Made by a program: the position numbers and the translations under genes. This document shows positions 1 to 9,813 of a stretch of 64,000 bases of DNA, piece by piece; position 1 is the stretch's first letter; every line of letters starts with the position of its first letter. The DNA is from Microscilla marina ATCC 23134 (lineage in GTDB: Bacteria; Bacteroidota; Bacteroidia; Cytophagales; Microscillaceae): the NCBI RefSeq assembly GCF_000169175.1, contig NZ_AAWS01000006.1:199192-263191 (forward strand). The letters run 5' to 3'. A model generated the notes under the pieces. The model ran no database searches and had not been told where the DNA came from. It worked only from the letters and a program-made list of their open reading frames with translations.

Positions 1-420
1 TGCACCTCTTCAAAGCTTACCAGTGTATATAAATGTTTATTAACATCTGCTACCAAATTTTTGTGCTTTGTAATGTACTTACTACTGCCTTGAGCATAAA
101 AGTTGGGATTGTTGGTTTCATAGTCAAAAAAATCTTGCTCCAGCTTGATCACCTTAAAAGTATTTACCAACACATTTTCAAGGTTAACAGCAATGGTAGA
201 TATTTTACTGCTTTTGCTATGAAACCAAAAGCCTATACTAGCAACTACTATGATGATAATGCTAAAAAACAAAAACGTAGTCAAAAGCTTGAATCTCAAA
301 GAAATAAACTTGGGCAACATAAAAGTTAAGGAGTAAAACTAGTACTTGATCTACTAGGAAGCCAAAGTACTAGTGTTGATAAGCAATAAATTAGCCTGAG
401 AAATTAGGGGAAGAAAGGCT

Positions 421-975
421 TTAAAATAACCTTTGTTGAGTATTACTACTTGCCTTAAAAGCATCCTTATAGATTTGTAGATTTTCTTCATCAAAACAAA
501 CAAAAATAACCGATTCAAGGCTTGCTCCTTCGTCACTTTCTACAAAATCGCTGACTGTTTTGATGGCTATATCTGCGGCTTTACGTTTAGGAAATTTATA
601 AATCCCTGTGCTTATATTAGGAAAAGCCACCGTTTTAAGTTCGTGGGCCACTGCAAGTTTGAGGCTGTTTAAGTAGGCACTCTTTAGCAATTCTTTTTCG
701 TTATTATACCCTCCCGACCAAGTAGGTCCTACTGTATGAATGATATGTTTAGCAGGGAGCCTTCCAGCAGTTGTAATCACTGCCTCTCCTACTTTACAAC
801 CTCCTTGTCGGGCAATTATTTTATAACAATCCCTTAGTATATCTTCGCCACCTTTGCGGTGAATGGCTCCATCTACACCCCCGCCACCTCGTAACGAAGT
901 GTTGGCTGCATTTACAATAGCATCTACTACTTCAATGGTTAGGTCCCCTTGTTTATAACTAATTTTTGAGTTCAT
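421..975 (-). CDS. Macro domain protein (ADP-ribose / O-acetyl-ADP-ribose processing, YmdB-like)
   Basis: 184-aa ORF with motifs [24 protein letters not shown] and [17 protein letters not shown] that are characteristic of macro domains. Confidence 0.8.
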   Translation of the reverse strand: MNSKISYKQGDLTIEVVDAIVNAANTSLRGGGGVDGAIHRKGGEDILRDCYKIIARQGGCKVGEAVITTAGRLPAKHIIHTVGPTWSGGYNNEKELLKSAYLNSLKLAVAHELKTVAFPNISTGIYKFPKRKAADIAIKTVSDFVESDEGASLESVIFVCFDEENLQIYKDAFKASSNTQQRLF

Positions 976-1184
976 ATATTTTAAGTGTTAAATAACTGAC
1001 AAGAGCGAATAGTTGATAAGATACAAATTTATTTGTACCTGCCCAAAAATTGGCTTTTAAGCTACTTGTTTATCAGCAATGAAGCAAATATTCTTAAATT
1101 GTTCGCGGAAAGGTACTATATTATTTAAAACCCTTAAAGGCTTCTTTTGAGTCGATACTGGGTGAGTGTAATAGCGTAAAAGAA

Positions 1185-1469
1185 GTGGCCAGTCAAATCA
1201 GTGTGTTTAAGCAAGTATTGTCAAAAAATCCTCCCAAAATCTGGCAAGAATTTTTCATCGCTTTGACGCAAAAAGCATATCAATTGAATAACCAAAACAA
1301 TGAGTATTTGATTTATCAATTACCGGACAATCCTGAGTTAATACGTTTGATAGCCAAAGATGAGTTTTTGCGTAAATATATTATCAGGGCAGAGTATCAC
1401 AGTGTATTGATACCTCATAAGCATAAAGCCAAAGTGAAAAAGTCGGGATTTTTGATTGTGCTTGAGTGA
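1185..1469 (+). CDS. Hypothetical small protein, antisense to both neighbours
   Basis: 94-aa ORF with no recognisable motif. Its stop codon lies inside a perfect 14-bp-stem hairpin. Confidence 0.3.
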   Translation: MASQISVFKQVLSKNPPKIWQEFFIALTQKAYQLNNQNNEYLIYQLPDNPELIRLIAKDEFLRKYIIRAEYHSVLIPHKHKAKVKKSGFLIVLE

Positions 1470-1492
1470 TAAAGCCAGTTTATCACTCAAGC
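1460..1492. terminator. Perfect inverted repeat GCTTGAGTGATAAA-gccag-TTTATCACTCAAGC between convergent ORFs (hairpin without a T-run)
   Basis: A 14-bp perfect stem read directly from the sequence. Confidence 0.4.
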
Positions 1493-1505
1493 AACTGATT
1501 AAAAT

Positions 1506-2456
1506 TTAGCCTGCTTGTATAAGAATTTGCCTTGCTACGGGCAACAGCTCTTGTTGTAGGTTTAAATCAAACTTGCTAAGACTGATTTGATCGCCTCCTT
1601 CAAATGAAATATCAATTTTGTATACATTATCTATTGATGCCTTTATTTCTATAAGAGAAGCCGCTGCTTGGGGCTTGTAGGCTTCATAAGCTATCAATGC
1701 TTCTTCATTTTGTTGGTAAGCCTTGGTTGTCTTGATCTTTTCGCCTGTAACACTCCTTTTATCATGCTTAAAAAGCTGATCAATTACTTGGGTATTTTTT
1801 AGAATATCAGCAAGACTTATTTTTGACTGAGGTAGTTCCCAGGTAAAGTCATAACCTACATTCTTAGACTGAATGATATACCCTTTGGTGGTTTGCTGAT
1901 TGGTAAGTGTAAACTCTGTAGCTTGTTTTTCTAAGGCTGATACATCAAAGAAACCAATGGTATAGCTCGTTGGTTTTTTGCTTAGGTAATTAGCATACTT
2001 TTTTCTAAGTGCAAAAGGCAAGCGCTGATCGGTTGCTTCAGCATACCCGACTTGTTTTTGTTCTTGGTATAGCTTCTTGCTTTGTGCAATTGTTTTACGA
2101 TTGGTAGGAAAGGTTTGTTTTTGCATTTGTCCATTGGTACCTACTACTCCTTCGTTTACAACCAACTCTTTGTCAGAGGCAAGCACCTCCCAAAATTGCT
2201 GCCCATTTTCCAGGTATTTATGAAAGGTATCATTGCTATCAGGACCAAACCTGTATACACGGTAGCGTCCATTATGGTTAAACTGCCAGCTTTCTTCAGC
2301 AGTTACTTCATCCATCAAAGTGGAAACTTCTGCCTGAAGCGCCTGAAACCCTTGTTGACGTAGTTTATTTTTTACATCTAAGGTGGTAGTGGTGCCAAAT
2401 GCTTCTATCAGGTCTTCAGCTGCTTCTTTTACGGCGTCTTTGGTAAGGGTTTTCAT
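1506..2456 (-). CDS. Hypothetical protein
   Basis: 316-aa ORF with good coding appearance. No family recognised. Confidence 0.5.
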   Translation of the reverse strand: MKTLTKDAVKEAAEDLIEAFGTTTTLDVKNKLRQQGFQALQAEVSTLMDEVTAEESWQFNHNGRYRVYRFGPDSNDTFHKYLENGQQFWEVLASDKELVVNEGVVGTNGQMQKQTFPTNRKTIAQSKKLYQEQKQVGYAEATDQRLPFALRKKYANYLSKKPTSYTIGFFDVSALEKQATEFTLTNQQTTKGYIIQSKNVGYDFTWELPQSKISLADILKNTQVIDQLFKHDKRSVTGEKIKTTKAYQQNEEALIAYEAYKPQAAASLIEIKASIDNVYKIDISFEGGDQISLSKFDLNLQQELLPVARQILIQAG

Positions 2457-2606
2457 AAGGTTGATAAATGCTAGGTGATTTTGACTAAAACCTTCATTTT
2501 AACATTTGAAGATACTAATTAAACTGAAAAAACAGCAGGTAAAGTCGTTGTTTTAGGCTATAGAATTAAGATTTATTTTTTGCTTAAAACTGGTGCTTGG
2601 CAAATG

Positions 2607-3362
2607 TTACTTACCAGCATTTCCACTTCTTGAGCGAATATTTTGACCATTACGTCCAGTACGGCTTTGGTATCTATAAAAAGCCCTTACTTTATTTTCT
2701 CGCTCATCGTCATAAAACGGTGAAGTACGTCTGCTATTTCTCGAGAATGTGCTGCCCGTTCCATACAAGTTCTTTTCATTACTTTTGCCGTAATAAGACT
2801 GACGTTCCCGATAATTATGAAAGTAATTCATAAAACGGGTTTTAGACACAGGATAAGCCTGTATATTACATATCCTTGCCATATTGCGGTACCTTCTTCT
2901 AAACCTCCAGGTAATTTGATCTTGTTTGGTTACCCATCTACCCATTTTTTTGTTTCCTATGTAATAAGCATAACCCGGTGGCGAAACAATCAACGAAACC
3001 TGATCGCCTTGTGGAGAGCCCTTTTTAGAAGCTATTTGCATATCAAGGTTATGATAATGTTCAAAGAACATGTCTTTGCCAACTGGTAAAAAATCAGTGA
3101 CACTTACTTTCATACGGCGAGGGTTATCAGCATTGGTTATTACCTTATACTTGTGTTTAAAGCGGGCATTGTTTGGGGCTGATTTTGACCATCCTTCTAC
3201 ATCCATATTATAGAGTATTACAAACATTGGAAGCTTGCTTTCAGGTGTTTTGTCCAAAATATCTTTCAGCGGATTGGCATGTTCATTTTTGCTAATGACC
3301 ACATAAGACATTAAACCTGTAAGTACAATTGCAGCAACAAAGTATATGGTAGATCTTTTCAT
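2607..3362 (-). CDS. Secreted/lipoprotein-like paralog with Arg/Ser/Tyr-rich low-complexity C-terminal tail
   Basis: The true start is probably the ATG at 3360-3362 (MKRSTIYFVAAIVLTGLMS, a signal peptide). The longer track ORF (to 3851) reads the upstream paralog's repeat DNA out of frame. The core is shared with ORF 3517..4275 (DKLP..VILY.MDV.G, KYKVITN.D.P, PPGY.Y.GNK). Confidence 0.55.
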   Translation of the reverse strand: MKRSTIYFVAAIVLTGLMSYVVISKNEHANPLKDILDKTPESKLPMFVILYNMDVEGWSKSAPNNARFKHKYKVITNADNPRRMKVSVTDFLPVGKDMFFEHYHNLDMQIASKKGSPQGDQVSLIVSPPGYAYYIGNKKMGRWVTKQDQITWRFRRRYRNMARICNIQAYPVSKTRFMNYFHNYRERQSYYGKSNEKNLYGTGSTFSRNSRRTSPFYDDERENKVRAFYRYQSRTGRNGQNIRSRSGNAGK

Positions 3363-3516
3363 AGTTGATAAAATATTGTAATGCTTAAAGTTAATGATTT
3401 TTGGGGCAAGTATTGGAGTGTAGGCAATAAAAAAACAGTCTGAATATTGCATCCAAACTGTTTTGATTTTGATATATTTTGAGAAATTAAATACTATTGT
3501 ATTAAAAGCAAGGAAA

Positions 3517-4275
3517 TTACTTTCCAGAGCTTCCACTTCTTGATCTTGAGCTGTAACCACTACGACCACTTGAGCGAGAAGAACGGCTGCTAGAGCGATA
3601 CTTGCTGTAAGATGAGCGAGTACGGGTAGAACGACCACTGCTGTAGTAAGAACGAGAAGAAACGCCACGAGAGTAGCTACTACCAGTACCATATCTACGG
3701 CGAGAGCCAGTTCCTCCATAATAAGGACGTCTGCCAGCATAGCTACGCTGATACCTGCTGTAAGAGTTTCTACGTACAGGGTAAGTAGCCATGTTAAACA
3801 TAGTAGACAAAAACATGTACTTTCCGTAGAAAGACCAGAAAGACTCACCACTACTGTTGGTCTTCCATTGTCCGTATTGCTTGTTACCTACATAGTTAGA
3901 ATAACCAGGAGGTGCTGGAATCTTACTTACCACTTCTTTACCAGTAGTAGAATCTATACGTTTAGATGCAAGCTCCATTCCCATGTTATTGTAGTTTTTC
4001 GCAAAATCTTGCTTACTAACTTGTGTCCAGGGGGTAATGGTTTCTTTCTTTTTAGCTGGATCATCCAAGTTAGTAATCACCTTGTACTTGTTCAAACGAC
4101 GTGAACCTTTTACGTCCATGTCATACAATATTACCGATAAAGGCAATTTGTCTTTAGGTGTTTGTCTAACGATGTCGTCTACTGGATACTTAATGTATTT
4201 TTCACTGCCACCACCACAGGAGGTTAGCATGAAGGTCATCATTAAGGCAAATAGATAAATAGAGTAGTTTTTCAT
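3517..4275 (-). CDS. Lipoprotein paralog with extreme RS/YG-rich C-terminal tail
   Basis: Probable start MKNYSIYLFALMMTFMLTSCGGG (a lipobox). About 80 C-terminal residues consist almost only of S, R, Y and G (SRSYYSSGRSTRTRSSYSKYRSSSRSSRSSGRSGYSSRSRSGSSGK). Confidence 0.6.
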   Translation of the reverse strand: MKNYSIYLFALMMTFMLTSCGGGSEKYIKYPVDDIVRQTPKDKLPLSVILYDMDVKGSRRLNKYKVITNLDDPAKKKETITPWTQVSKQDFAKNYNNMGMELASKRIDSTTGKEVVSKIPAPPGYSNYVGNKQYGQWKTNSSGESFWSFYGKYMFLSTMFNMATYPVRRNSYSRYQRSYAGRRPYYGGTGSRRRYGTGSSYSRGVSSRSYYSSGRSTRTRSSYSKYRSSSRSSRSSGRSGYSSRSRSGSSGK

Positions 4276-4279
4276 AATT

Positions 4280-4852
4280 TTAAGGTAAAATAATGTTACT
4301 AAATTCACTTTCGTCTACCACCAAACCAACTGCCGCTTCAAACTCTTTTTCTCCCCATTGTTCAACAGAAAGCACATGTTTTTCAGCTTCGTCGTAATAA
4401 CTCCAAGAAGTTACTTCTTCCCAATTACGTGTATCCACATCTCTAAAACGTGCGGTACCTTCTTCATCCCGGTAAAACGTAATTTCTTTTTCTTTGTAAG
4501 TGTAAGTAATTTCTTTGGGAGGAGTACCATTTCGGTGAATCTCTTCAGGAATATCAGCATCAATTGAACTTACTCTGATTTTTTCGGTGAGGGTACATTC
4601 CAGTTCTCCATCATCTTCTTCATAATGTAAGAACCTTTTTTCTTCTACTGTTGCCAGCAAAAATTCAAAAGTAAAGTACCTATCACCCCAATCATATTCA
4701 TATTGAGCTTTGACTTCCCAGGTTTGGAGATCATAATCCAAAAAAGCACCCTTCCTTAAGTCTTTGACTTGGACATTGGTTGGATCATAAGTTAATTTTT
4801 CGTCAGGTTTTTCTTTTTTACTACCAAACAAGTTGCGTAACCATTTAAGCAT
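4280..4852 (-). CDS. Hypothetical acidic cytoplasmic protein (possibly DUF4178-like)
   Basis: 190-aa ORF rich in D/E and W. The domain assignment is from memory only. Confidence 0.45.
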   Translation of the reverse strand: MLKWLRNLFGSKKEKPDEKLTYDPTNVQVKDLRKGAFLDYDLQTWEVKAQYEYDWGDRYFTFEFLLATVEEKRFLHYEEDDGELECTLTEKIRVSSIDADIPEEIHRNGTPPKEITYTYKEKEITFYRDEEGTARFRDVDTRNWEEVTSWSYYDEAEKHVLSVEQWGEKEFEAAVGLVVDESEFSNIILP

Positions 4853-5076
4853 TATAAGATGGTTTAAATTAGATTTTCTATACTAATATACAGCAAATAA
4901 AAAATTTTAGAGAAAATTTCAAAACTTAATCTTTATTTTATTTTTTTTTATAAAAATGCTTTCAGACGTAGTATTGCCAAAATAAATAGCAAAACTTTAC
5001 GTAAAGTTTGGTGCCTTGTCAACGATAAAAGCCAACCCATTTGTTGTCTAATAAACAGTAAAAATGAAAGAAATTT

Positions 5077-5769
5077 TCAAGGAAAAACTTTTAAGTCTTC
5101 TATTACCCCATTGGCGCACTTTAATACCCTGGCAGGAAATTTTTCGAGTACCTCGTAGTCGTGTGTTGCCATGAGTATAGCAGTGCCACTGTTATTAATT
5201 CTTTGAAATAGTTTCAGAATCTCTTCCGACATATCAGGATCAAGGTTTCCGGTGGGTTCGTCAGCTAGTAGTACCATAGGTTCATTGATCAAAGCACGGG
5301 CAATCACTACCCGTTGTTGTTCACCTCCTGAGAGTTGATGGGGAAATTTTTTGTTGATTCCAGGCAAGTCTACTTGCTGCAAGAGGTCAGTGATGCGTTG
5401 TTGTATTTTCTGGGTATTTTTCCAGCCAGTAGCTCTCATTACAAAAGTCAGGTTATCAGCAATGTTACGGTCGGGGAGTAGTTGAAAATCCTGAAAAACA
5501 ATGCCTAGTTTACGTCTGAGAAAGGGTACCTCTCTGTGAAGCAACTGGTTTACCTCAAAACCTGCCACATGTACTTGTCCTTTGCGTAGTGGTAAGTCAG
5601 CATACAACGTTTTCAATAAAGAGCTCTTTCCAGTGCCTGTTCTTCCTATAATGTATACAAACTCCCCTTTCTGTATGGTAAAGTTTAAGCCTGAAAGTAC
5701 AAGGGATGCTTGTTGGTAAATGTTGGCATTGTTTACTTCAATGATGTTGTCAGGAGCTAAGAATGACAT
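5077..5769 (-). CDS. ftsE: Cell-division ABC transporter ATP-binding protein FtsE-like
   Basis: Walker [10 protein letters not shown], signature LSGGEQQR, Walker [28 protein letters not shown] closely matches the FtsE-specific block [16 protein letters not shown]. Confidence 0.7.
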   Translation of the reverse strand: MSFLAPDNIIEVNNANIYQQASLVLSGLNFTIQKGEFVYIIGRTGTGKSSLLKTLYADLPLRKGQVHVAGFEVNQLLHREVPFLRRKLGIVFQDFQLLPDRNIADNLTFVMRATGWKNTQKIQQRITDLLQQVDLPGINKKFPHQLSGGEQQRVVIARALINEPMVLLADEPTGNLDPDMSEEILKLFQRINNSGTAILMATHDYEVLEKFPARVLKCANGVIEDLKVFP

Positions 5770-5902
5770 AAATTGTTTACGTTTGTTGTATCAAAAATAA
5801 AGTATTTTTGGAACAGGAGTAAATTATATGGTCTCGTTTTGCCTTTTGGTCTATAGGCAAAAGCAACTATTTTACTCCTTGTTAGTTAAGGTGAGTGTTA
5901 TT

Positions 5903-5947
5903 TCTAAAAAACAAAAGCAACCTATAGAAAATCTACAGGCTGCTTTT
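5903..5947 (-). terminator. Rho-independent terminator downstream of the transaldolase gene
   Basis: Near-palindrome AAAAGCAACCTATAGAAAATCTACAGGCTGCTTTT, followed on the minus strand by a T-run. Confidence 0.5.
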
Positions 5948-5972
5948 ATTATTTAGGATATTTTATGCAAAA

Positions 5973-6644
5973 CTAAGCGTTTTGGGCAGTAGACTCTGCT
6001 TTTTTATGGTCTGACAAAAACTTGCTCAAGCCTATATCAGTCAATGGATGTTTTAATAGACCCAAAATTACATTTGAAGGGCAGGTTGCTACATCAGCGC
6101 CTAATTCAGCACACTTGATAAGGTGCATTGTATGGCGAACTGAAGCAGCCAATACTTGAGTGTTAAATTCATAAGTATTATAAATGTGTACAATCTGGTC
6201 TATCAATTGTAAACCATCAGTACTTACATCGTCTAAACGGCCAATAAAAGGAGATACATAAGTAGCGCCAGCTTTAGCGGCAAGCAATGCTTGCCCTGAA
6301 GAAAATACCAAAGTACAATTGGTTTTGATGCCTTGCTTAGAAAAATATTTCAGTGCACGCACTCCATCTTTAATCATAGGTATTTTTACCACAATACGAG
6401 GGTGAATAGCGGCCAGTTCTTCACCTTCTGCTACCATTCCTTCATAGTCAGTGGCTATTACTTCTGCGCTTACATCTCCATCTACAATGTCGCAAATTCT
6501 GGCGTAATGTGCCATTACATTGTGCTTTCCACTGATCCCCTCTTTTGCCATAAGCGAAGGGTTAGTAGTTACACCATCTAAAACACCTAAATCCTGTGCC
6601 TCCTGAATCTCTTTCAGGTTGGCAGTATCTATAAAAAACTTCAT
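5973..6644 (-). CDS. fsa: Fructose-6-phosphate aldolase / transaldolase (type 3B)
   Basis: 223 aa. The N-terminus [13 protein letters not shown] and the internal block TTNPSL are typical of the short transaldolase/FSA family. Confidence 0.85.
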   Translation of the reverse strand: MKFFIDTANLKEIQEAQDLGVLDGVTTNPSLMAKEGISGKHNVMAHYARICDIVDGDVSAEVIATDYEGMVAEGEELAAIHPRIVVKIPMIKDGVRALKYFSKQGIKTNCTLVFSSGQALLAAKAGATYVSPFIGRLDDVSTDGLQLIDQIVHIYNTYEFNTQVLAASVRHTMHLIKCAELGADVATCPSNVILGLLKHPLTDIGLSKFLSDHKKAESTAQNA

Positions 6645-6781
6645 ACAACGAAAACGGTCTTAATTTGGAAACCTTAAGTAGTTAATGGAAGCAAAATTAA
6701 GCAAAAGCCTGAATTAAGGAATGATTTATCCTGAAAGCTTTAAGTTTTTAATTAAAAAGAAGTGATGAATTGAAAAGAGGG

Positions 6782-6885
6782 TGATAGAAAAGGGAAAGTT
6801 AAAAGAGGAATAAAAAAGCAAGTGAGTCACGAGGCTACGACTTGATGCCCTTGCTGCTTTCCAACCCTGGGGGGTTACAAGGAGC
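6782..6885. repeat. Copy A of a ~100-bp repeat (purine-rich tract plus GC-rich core GATGCCCTTGCTGCTTTCCAACCCTGGGGGGTTACAAGGAGC)
   Basis: Direct repeat of 7621-7720. The 42-nt core is about 90% identical to copy B. The preceding AAAGGGAAAG..AAAAGA..AAAAAAGCA tract is also shared. Confidence 0.7.
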
Positions 6886-6959
6886 CGTCGTACCCACATT
6901 GCACTGCAAAGGTAAAGCAAAATTTCAAATTTCAAAAATTTCAAATAAATATTTGATTA

Positions 6960-7568
6960 TTAGCGACTTATTTTGGTCAATAAGCTATATTGTTGAATTT
7001 CAGCGTCTGTCATCCAGTGTATAGAAGACGCAGGTGCAGCATTAATTGTAAAGTAATAAAAGCTTTTGGCTTGTGTTTGACTAAAACCTACAGATACATA
7101 GTATTCAATGTATTTTCGGTGTTCAATATGCCCTTCAGGAAAGTCAGTGGCTTCTTGATCATTGCCTGCCCACGAATGTACTCCTATTTTAGTATTACTT
7201 CCTTTGCTTCTTTCTACTCCTGCCAGAAAAAAATCAGTACCTCCAGAGGCTACTAAACCTCCATCCACTATGTGAGTGTTTATCTTTTTTTTGTGAACCA
7301 ATGCCGACAACTGCAAATTTACATCATCATCTGACGAACCGTCACAAGTTTTAATATGAATGATCGTAATATTGGGGTAAGCAGTGGTCAATGAAGTAAA
7401 GTTAGTAAGTGATTGACTGTTAACTTCTCCATTCATTTCTACACTTGTGTTGTTGTCTAATACTTTGAAAATGCCAAACTGTTTTTGTGAAGAGGGGGCA
7501 TGCATTGTTTTACAGCCTGAAAGCATCAATACAATCAGTAGTAAAATTGAGGTATAATGCTTTATCAT
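6960..7568 (-). CDS. Hypothetical lipoprotein
   Basis: Start MIKHYTSILLLIVLMLSGCK (a lipobox). The gene is flanked on both sides by repeat copies A and B. Confidence 0.5.
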   Translation of the reverse strand: MIKHYTSILLLIVLMLSGCKTMHAPSSQKQFGIFKVLDNNTSVEMNGEVNSQSLTNFTSLTTAYPNITIIHIKTCDGSSDDDVNLQLSALVHKKKINTHIVDGGLVASGGTDFFLAGVERSKGSNTKIGVHSWAGNDQEATDFPEGHIEHRKYIEYYVSVGFSQTQAKSFYYFTINAAPASSIHWMTDAEIQQYSLLTKISR

Positions 7569-7620
7569 AGGTAGTGGGCAATCTATATACAAAAATGTGT
7601 GATGATGGATGGTTGTTTTG

Positions 7621-7720
7621 AGGAGAAAAAAAGGGAAAAGAAGAAAAAAGCATGACAGTATCGCACTGCTACAACCGGATGCCCTTGCTGTCTTCCGACC
7701 CTGGGGGAGTTACAAGGAGC
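7621..7720. repeat. Copy B of the ~100-bp repeat (core GATGCCCTTGCTGTCTTCCGACCCTGGGGGAGTTACAAGGAGC)
   Basis: Same orientation as copy A. It is flanked by the short direct repeat TCGCACTGC. Confidence 0.7.
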
Positions 7721-7882
7721 TAGTCGCACTGCCACGCGCCACAAAAGTAGCAGTTATTATTTAATTGTCAAAATTTCGAATAAAAAAGCTATATTTTGTA
7801 ACTTTACAGTATCAAAACTACAACTCAAGCAGAGTTTATGCGTTTTGATTTTAGGTTTTAAAAAAGAATTTCAAACACTATA

Positions 7883-8284
7883 ATGAAAAAACAACTATTT
7901 ATTCTTTTAGCACTTGCAGTAGTAGTAAGCGGAGTATTTGCTTTCACTACTGTAAATAAAGTTGATGGTCCTAAATTTAAATGGAGCAAGACTATACATG
8001 ATTTTGGTAAAATAGAGCAAGGTAAACCTGTAAAAACAGCGTTTGAATTTACAAATAGCGGCAATGCTCCTATTATTATTACTAAAGTACAAACATCTTG
8101 TGGATGTACTGCCTCTGAATACCCCAAAACCCCTATCATGCCAGGGCAAACCAAAAAAATAAAAGTAGGTTATAATGCGGCAGCAATGGGTACTTTTAGT
8201 AAAACAATTACAGTAATGTCTAACTCAGAAAAACCCACTACTGTATTATTTATTAAGGGAGAAGTGGTTGCTAAGAAAAAATAA
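7883..8284 (+). CDS. DUF1573 domain protein (secreted)
   Basis: Has a signal peptide. The block KWSKTIHDFGKIEQGKPVKTAFEFTNSGNAPIIITKVQTSCGCT matches the DUF1573 signature. Confidence 0.7.
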   Translation: MKKQLFILLALAVVVSGVFAFTTVNKVDGPKFKWSKTIHDFGKIEQGKPVKTAFEFTNSGNAPIIITKVQTSCGCTASEYPKTPIMPGQTKKIKVGYNAAAMGTFSKTITVMSNSEKPTTVLFIKGEVVAKKK

Positions 8285-8316
8285 AGTACTGACTATCAGT
8301 ATTGAATAAATATAGA

Positions 8317-8349
8317 AGCCTGTTTCTAACAAGAAACAGGCTTTTTTTT
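8317..8349 (+). terminator. Rho-independent terminator
   Basis: AGCCTGTTTCT-aaca-AGAAACAGGCT followed by eight T residues. Confidence 0.8.
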
Positions 8350-8357
8350 AGACCTGA

Positions 8358-9620
8358 CTACGATATTGCTGCTTGGTTGGTGCGTGTAATTGGTTGTTGG
8401 TGTATACTTTTAAACCAATGTGCTATTTTTATAAGCCATATAGCCGATACAATGCAAATAGTGGCACAACCTATTAAAAATGGAACAAACAGTGGAGTTT
8501 GATATACTAAAAACAGTAAAATTGATGAAGTAATTAATAAGCGAGAAAACTCTATAGGTATTACCCAGTTTTTGCGTTCAAACAATCCCCCCGGGGTTAG
8601 TATGGCAAAGAGTGTTAGACCTACTCCAATGCCTTTGAGTGTCCAATCCATCTTATCTATTTGAGACATAAAATAAGCCGAACCTGCCAGGGTAAGAACA
8701 TAATGAAATAGCACATACCAATTGACAATAGCAGGGGTTTGGGTGTTAAACTTTTGGTATTGATTGTGGTCTACTTCTGGGGCGTATTGCATGCCTCCCA
8801 TGCTTTCGGGGCGCCAGCCAGGTTTGTAAAACAACACTTTAAGTTTGTTTATAAAACCCGGAGTTTCTTTGAGTTGTTTGCCAATGACTTGAAAATGGGT
8901 AAAGTTTACCAAAATAGGATTCCAGGTATTTACTGGCGTAGTGATGCCATAAATGGGCTGTTCTTCTTCTTCCTGAAAAGTGCCAAACATTCTATCCCAG
9001 ATAATAAATGTACCTGCGTGGTTTTTATCTATATATTTTGGGTTACGTCCGTGGTGTACTCTGTGGTGGGAGGGAGTATTCATAAACCATTCTAAAAAGC
9101 CCATTTTTCCAATAGCCTCAGTATGAATCCAAAACTGATACAATAGGTTAAAGCCTGATACAATCACCACTGCGCTAGGGTCAAAGCCTAACAATGCCAG
9201 TGGCCAAAAGAAGAAAGAGGTAAAAAAGATTTGGAACCAACTCTGGCGTAAAGCCACTGATAAGTTGTAATCTTCGCTTTGATGATGTACCTGATGCCCG
9301 CTCCAGAATAAGTTGATTTCATGGTTCATTCGGTGTGCCCAGTAGTAGCAAAAATCCCAGGCAAAAAAGAGGATTATATAATTTAATACGGTGTTTTCAA
9401 CTTTAAAGAAAGCTAGGTTTGCATAAATAAGGGTGTAAATAGCTACAGTAATGAGTTGGAAAAATATTTTGACTGCTTGCTGTCCTACACCACAGCTAAT
9501 GTTAGTAATGGCATCGTTTAAACGATATCTTTTAGTTTTTTGGAATTGTTCTACAAGTAGCTCTAGGCCCATTAACCCAAAATACATGGGTATGGCAATT
9601 ACAACAGGGTCAAAATTCAT
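8358..9620 (-). CDS. Fatty-acid hydroxylase / sterol desaturase family membrane protein
   Basis: Histidine boxes HRMNH, HQVHHQ and HHRVHH lie within a polytopic membrane protein. Confidence 0.75.
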   Translation of the reverse strand: MNFDPVVIAIPMYFGLMGLELLVEQFQKTKRYRLNDAITNISCGVGQQAVKIFFQLITVAIYTLIYANLAFFKVENTVLNYIILFFAWDFCYYWAHRMNHEINLFWSGHQVHHQSEDYNLSVALRQSWFQIFFTSFFFWPLALLGFDPSAVVIVSGFNLLYQFWIHTEAIGKMGFLEWFMNTPSHHRVHHGRNPKYIDKNHAGTFIIWDRMFGTFQEEEEQPIYGITTPVNTWNPILVNFTHFQVIGKQLKETPGFINKLKVLFYKPGWRPESMGGMQYAPEVDHNQYQKFNTQTPAIVNWYVLFHYVLTLAGSAYFMSQIDKMDWTLKGIGVGLTLFAILTPGGLFERKNWVIPIEFSRLLITSSILLFLVYQTPLFVPFLIGCATICIVSAIWLIKIAHWFKSIHQQPITRTNQAAIS

Positions 9621-9763
9621 AAGTTAGTATAATTGGATTCGTGTATAGTACAAATTTACAGAAAATAGAAAGTGTATCAAATTTTCTGAGGACAATAACT
9701 TCCCTTGGTAAATTCTTTAAATTGTATAATTTAATGTAATTTGTCATGTTTGTTAAGTACAAA

Positions 9764-9813
9764 TGTGGATAAGTTAAAGTTATCCACATATCCACATGCC
9801 AACGTGTGGATAA
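9764..9813. promoter_or_regulatory. Cluster of four DnaA boxes (TGTGGATAA, TTATCCACA, aTATCCACA, TGTGGATAA)
   Basis: Three perfect and one single-mismatch match to the consensus TTATCCACA within 50 bp. An AT-rich tract of about 180 bp follows at 9841-10020. Confidence 0.6.

Noticed and set aside
33-329. 98-aa ORF at the window edge
   Set aside because: It is low-complexity and basic, with no support. The region may instead hold the 3' end of a gene outside the window.
2082-2363. Shadow ORFs antisense to real genes, for example 2082..2363, 6333..6581, 13274..13633, 15156..16740, 18645..19430, 22582..23100 and 47243..49713
   Set aside because: They are fully embedded in the opposite strand of longer, motif-supported genes.
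3363-3851. N-terminal 163 residues of track ORF 2607..3851 (hydrophobic A/L/V-rich)
   Set aside because: This is the opposite-frame reading of the SR-repeat-encoding DNA of the upstream paralog. A proper signal-peptide start exists at 3362, so the extension is an artefact.
9610-9795. 61-aa ORF across the DnaA-box cluster
   Set aside because: It is generated by the palindromic DnaA boxes and AT-rich sequence and is not a gene.
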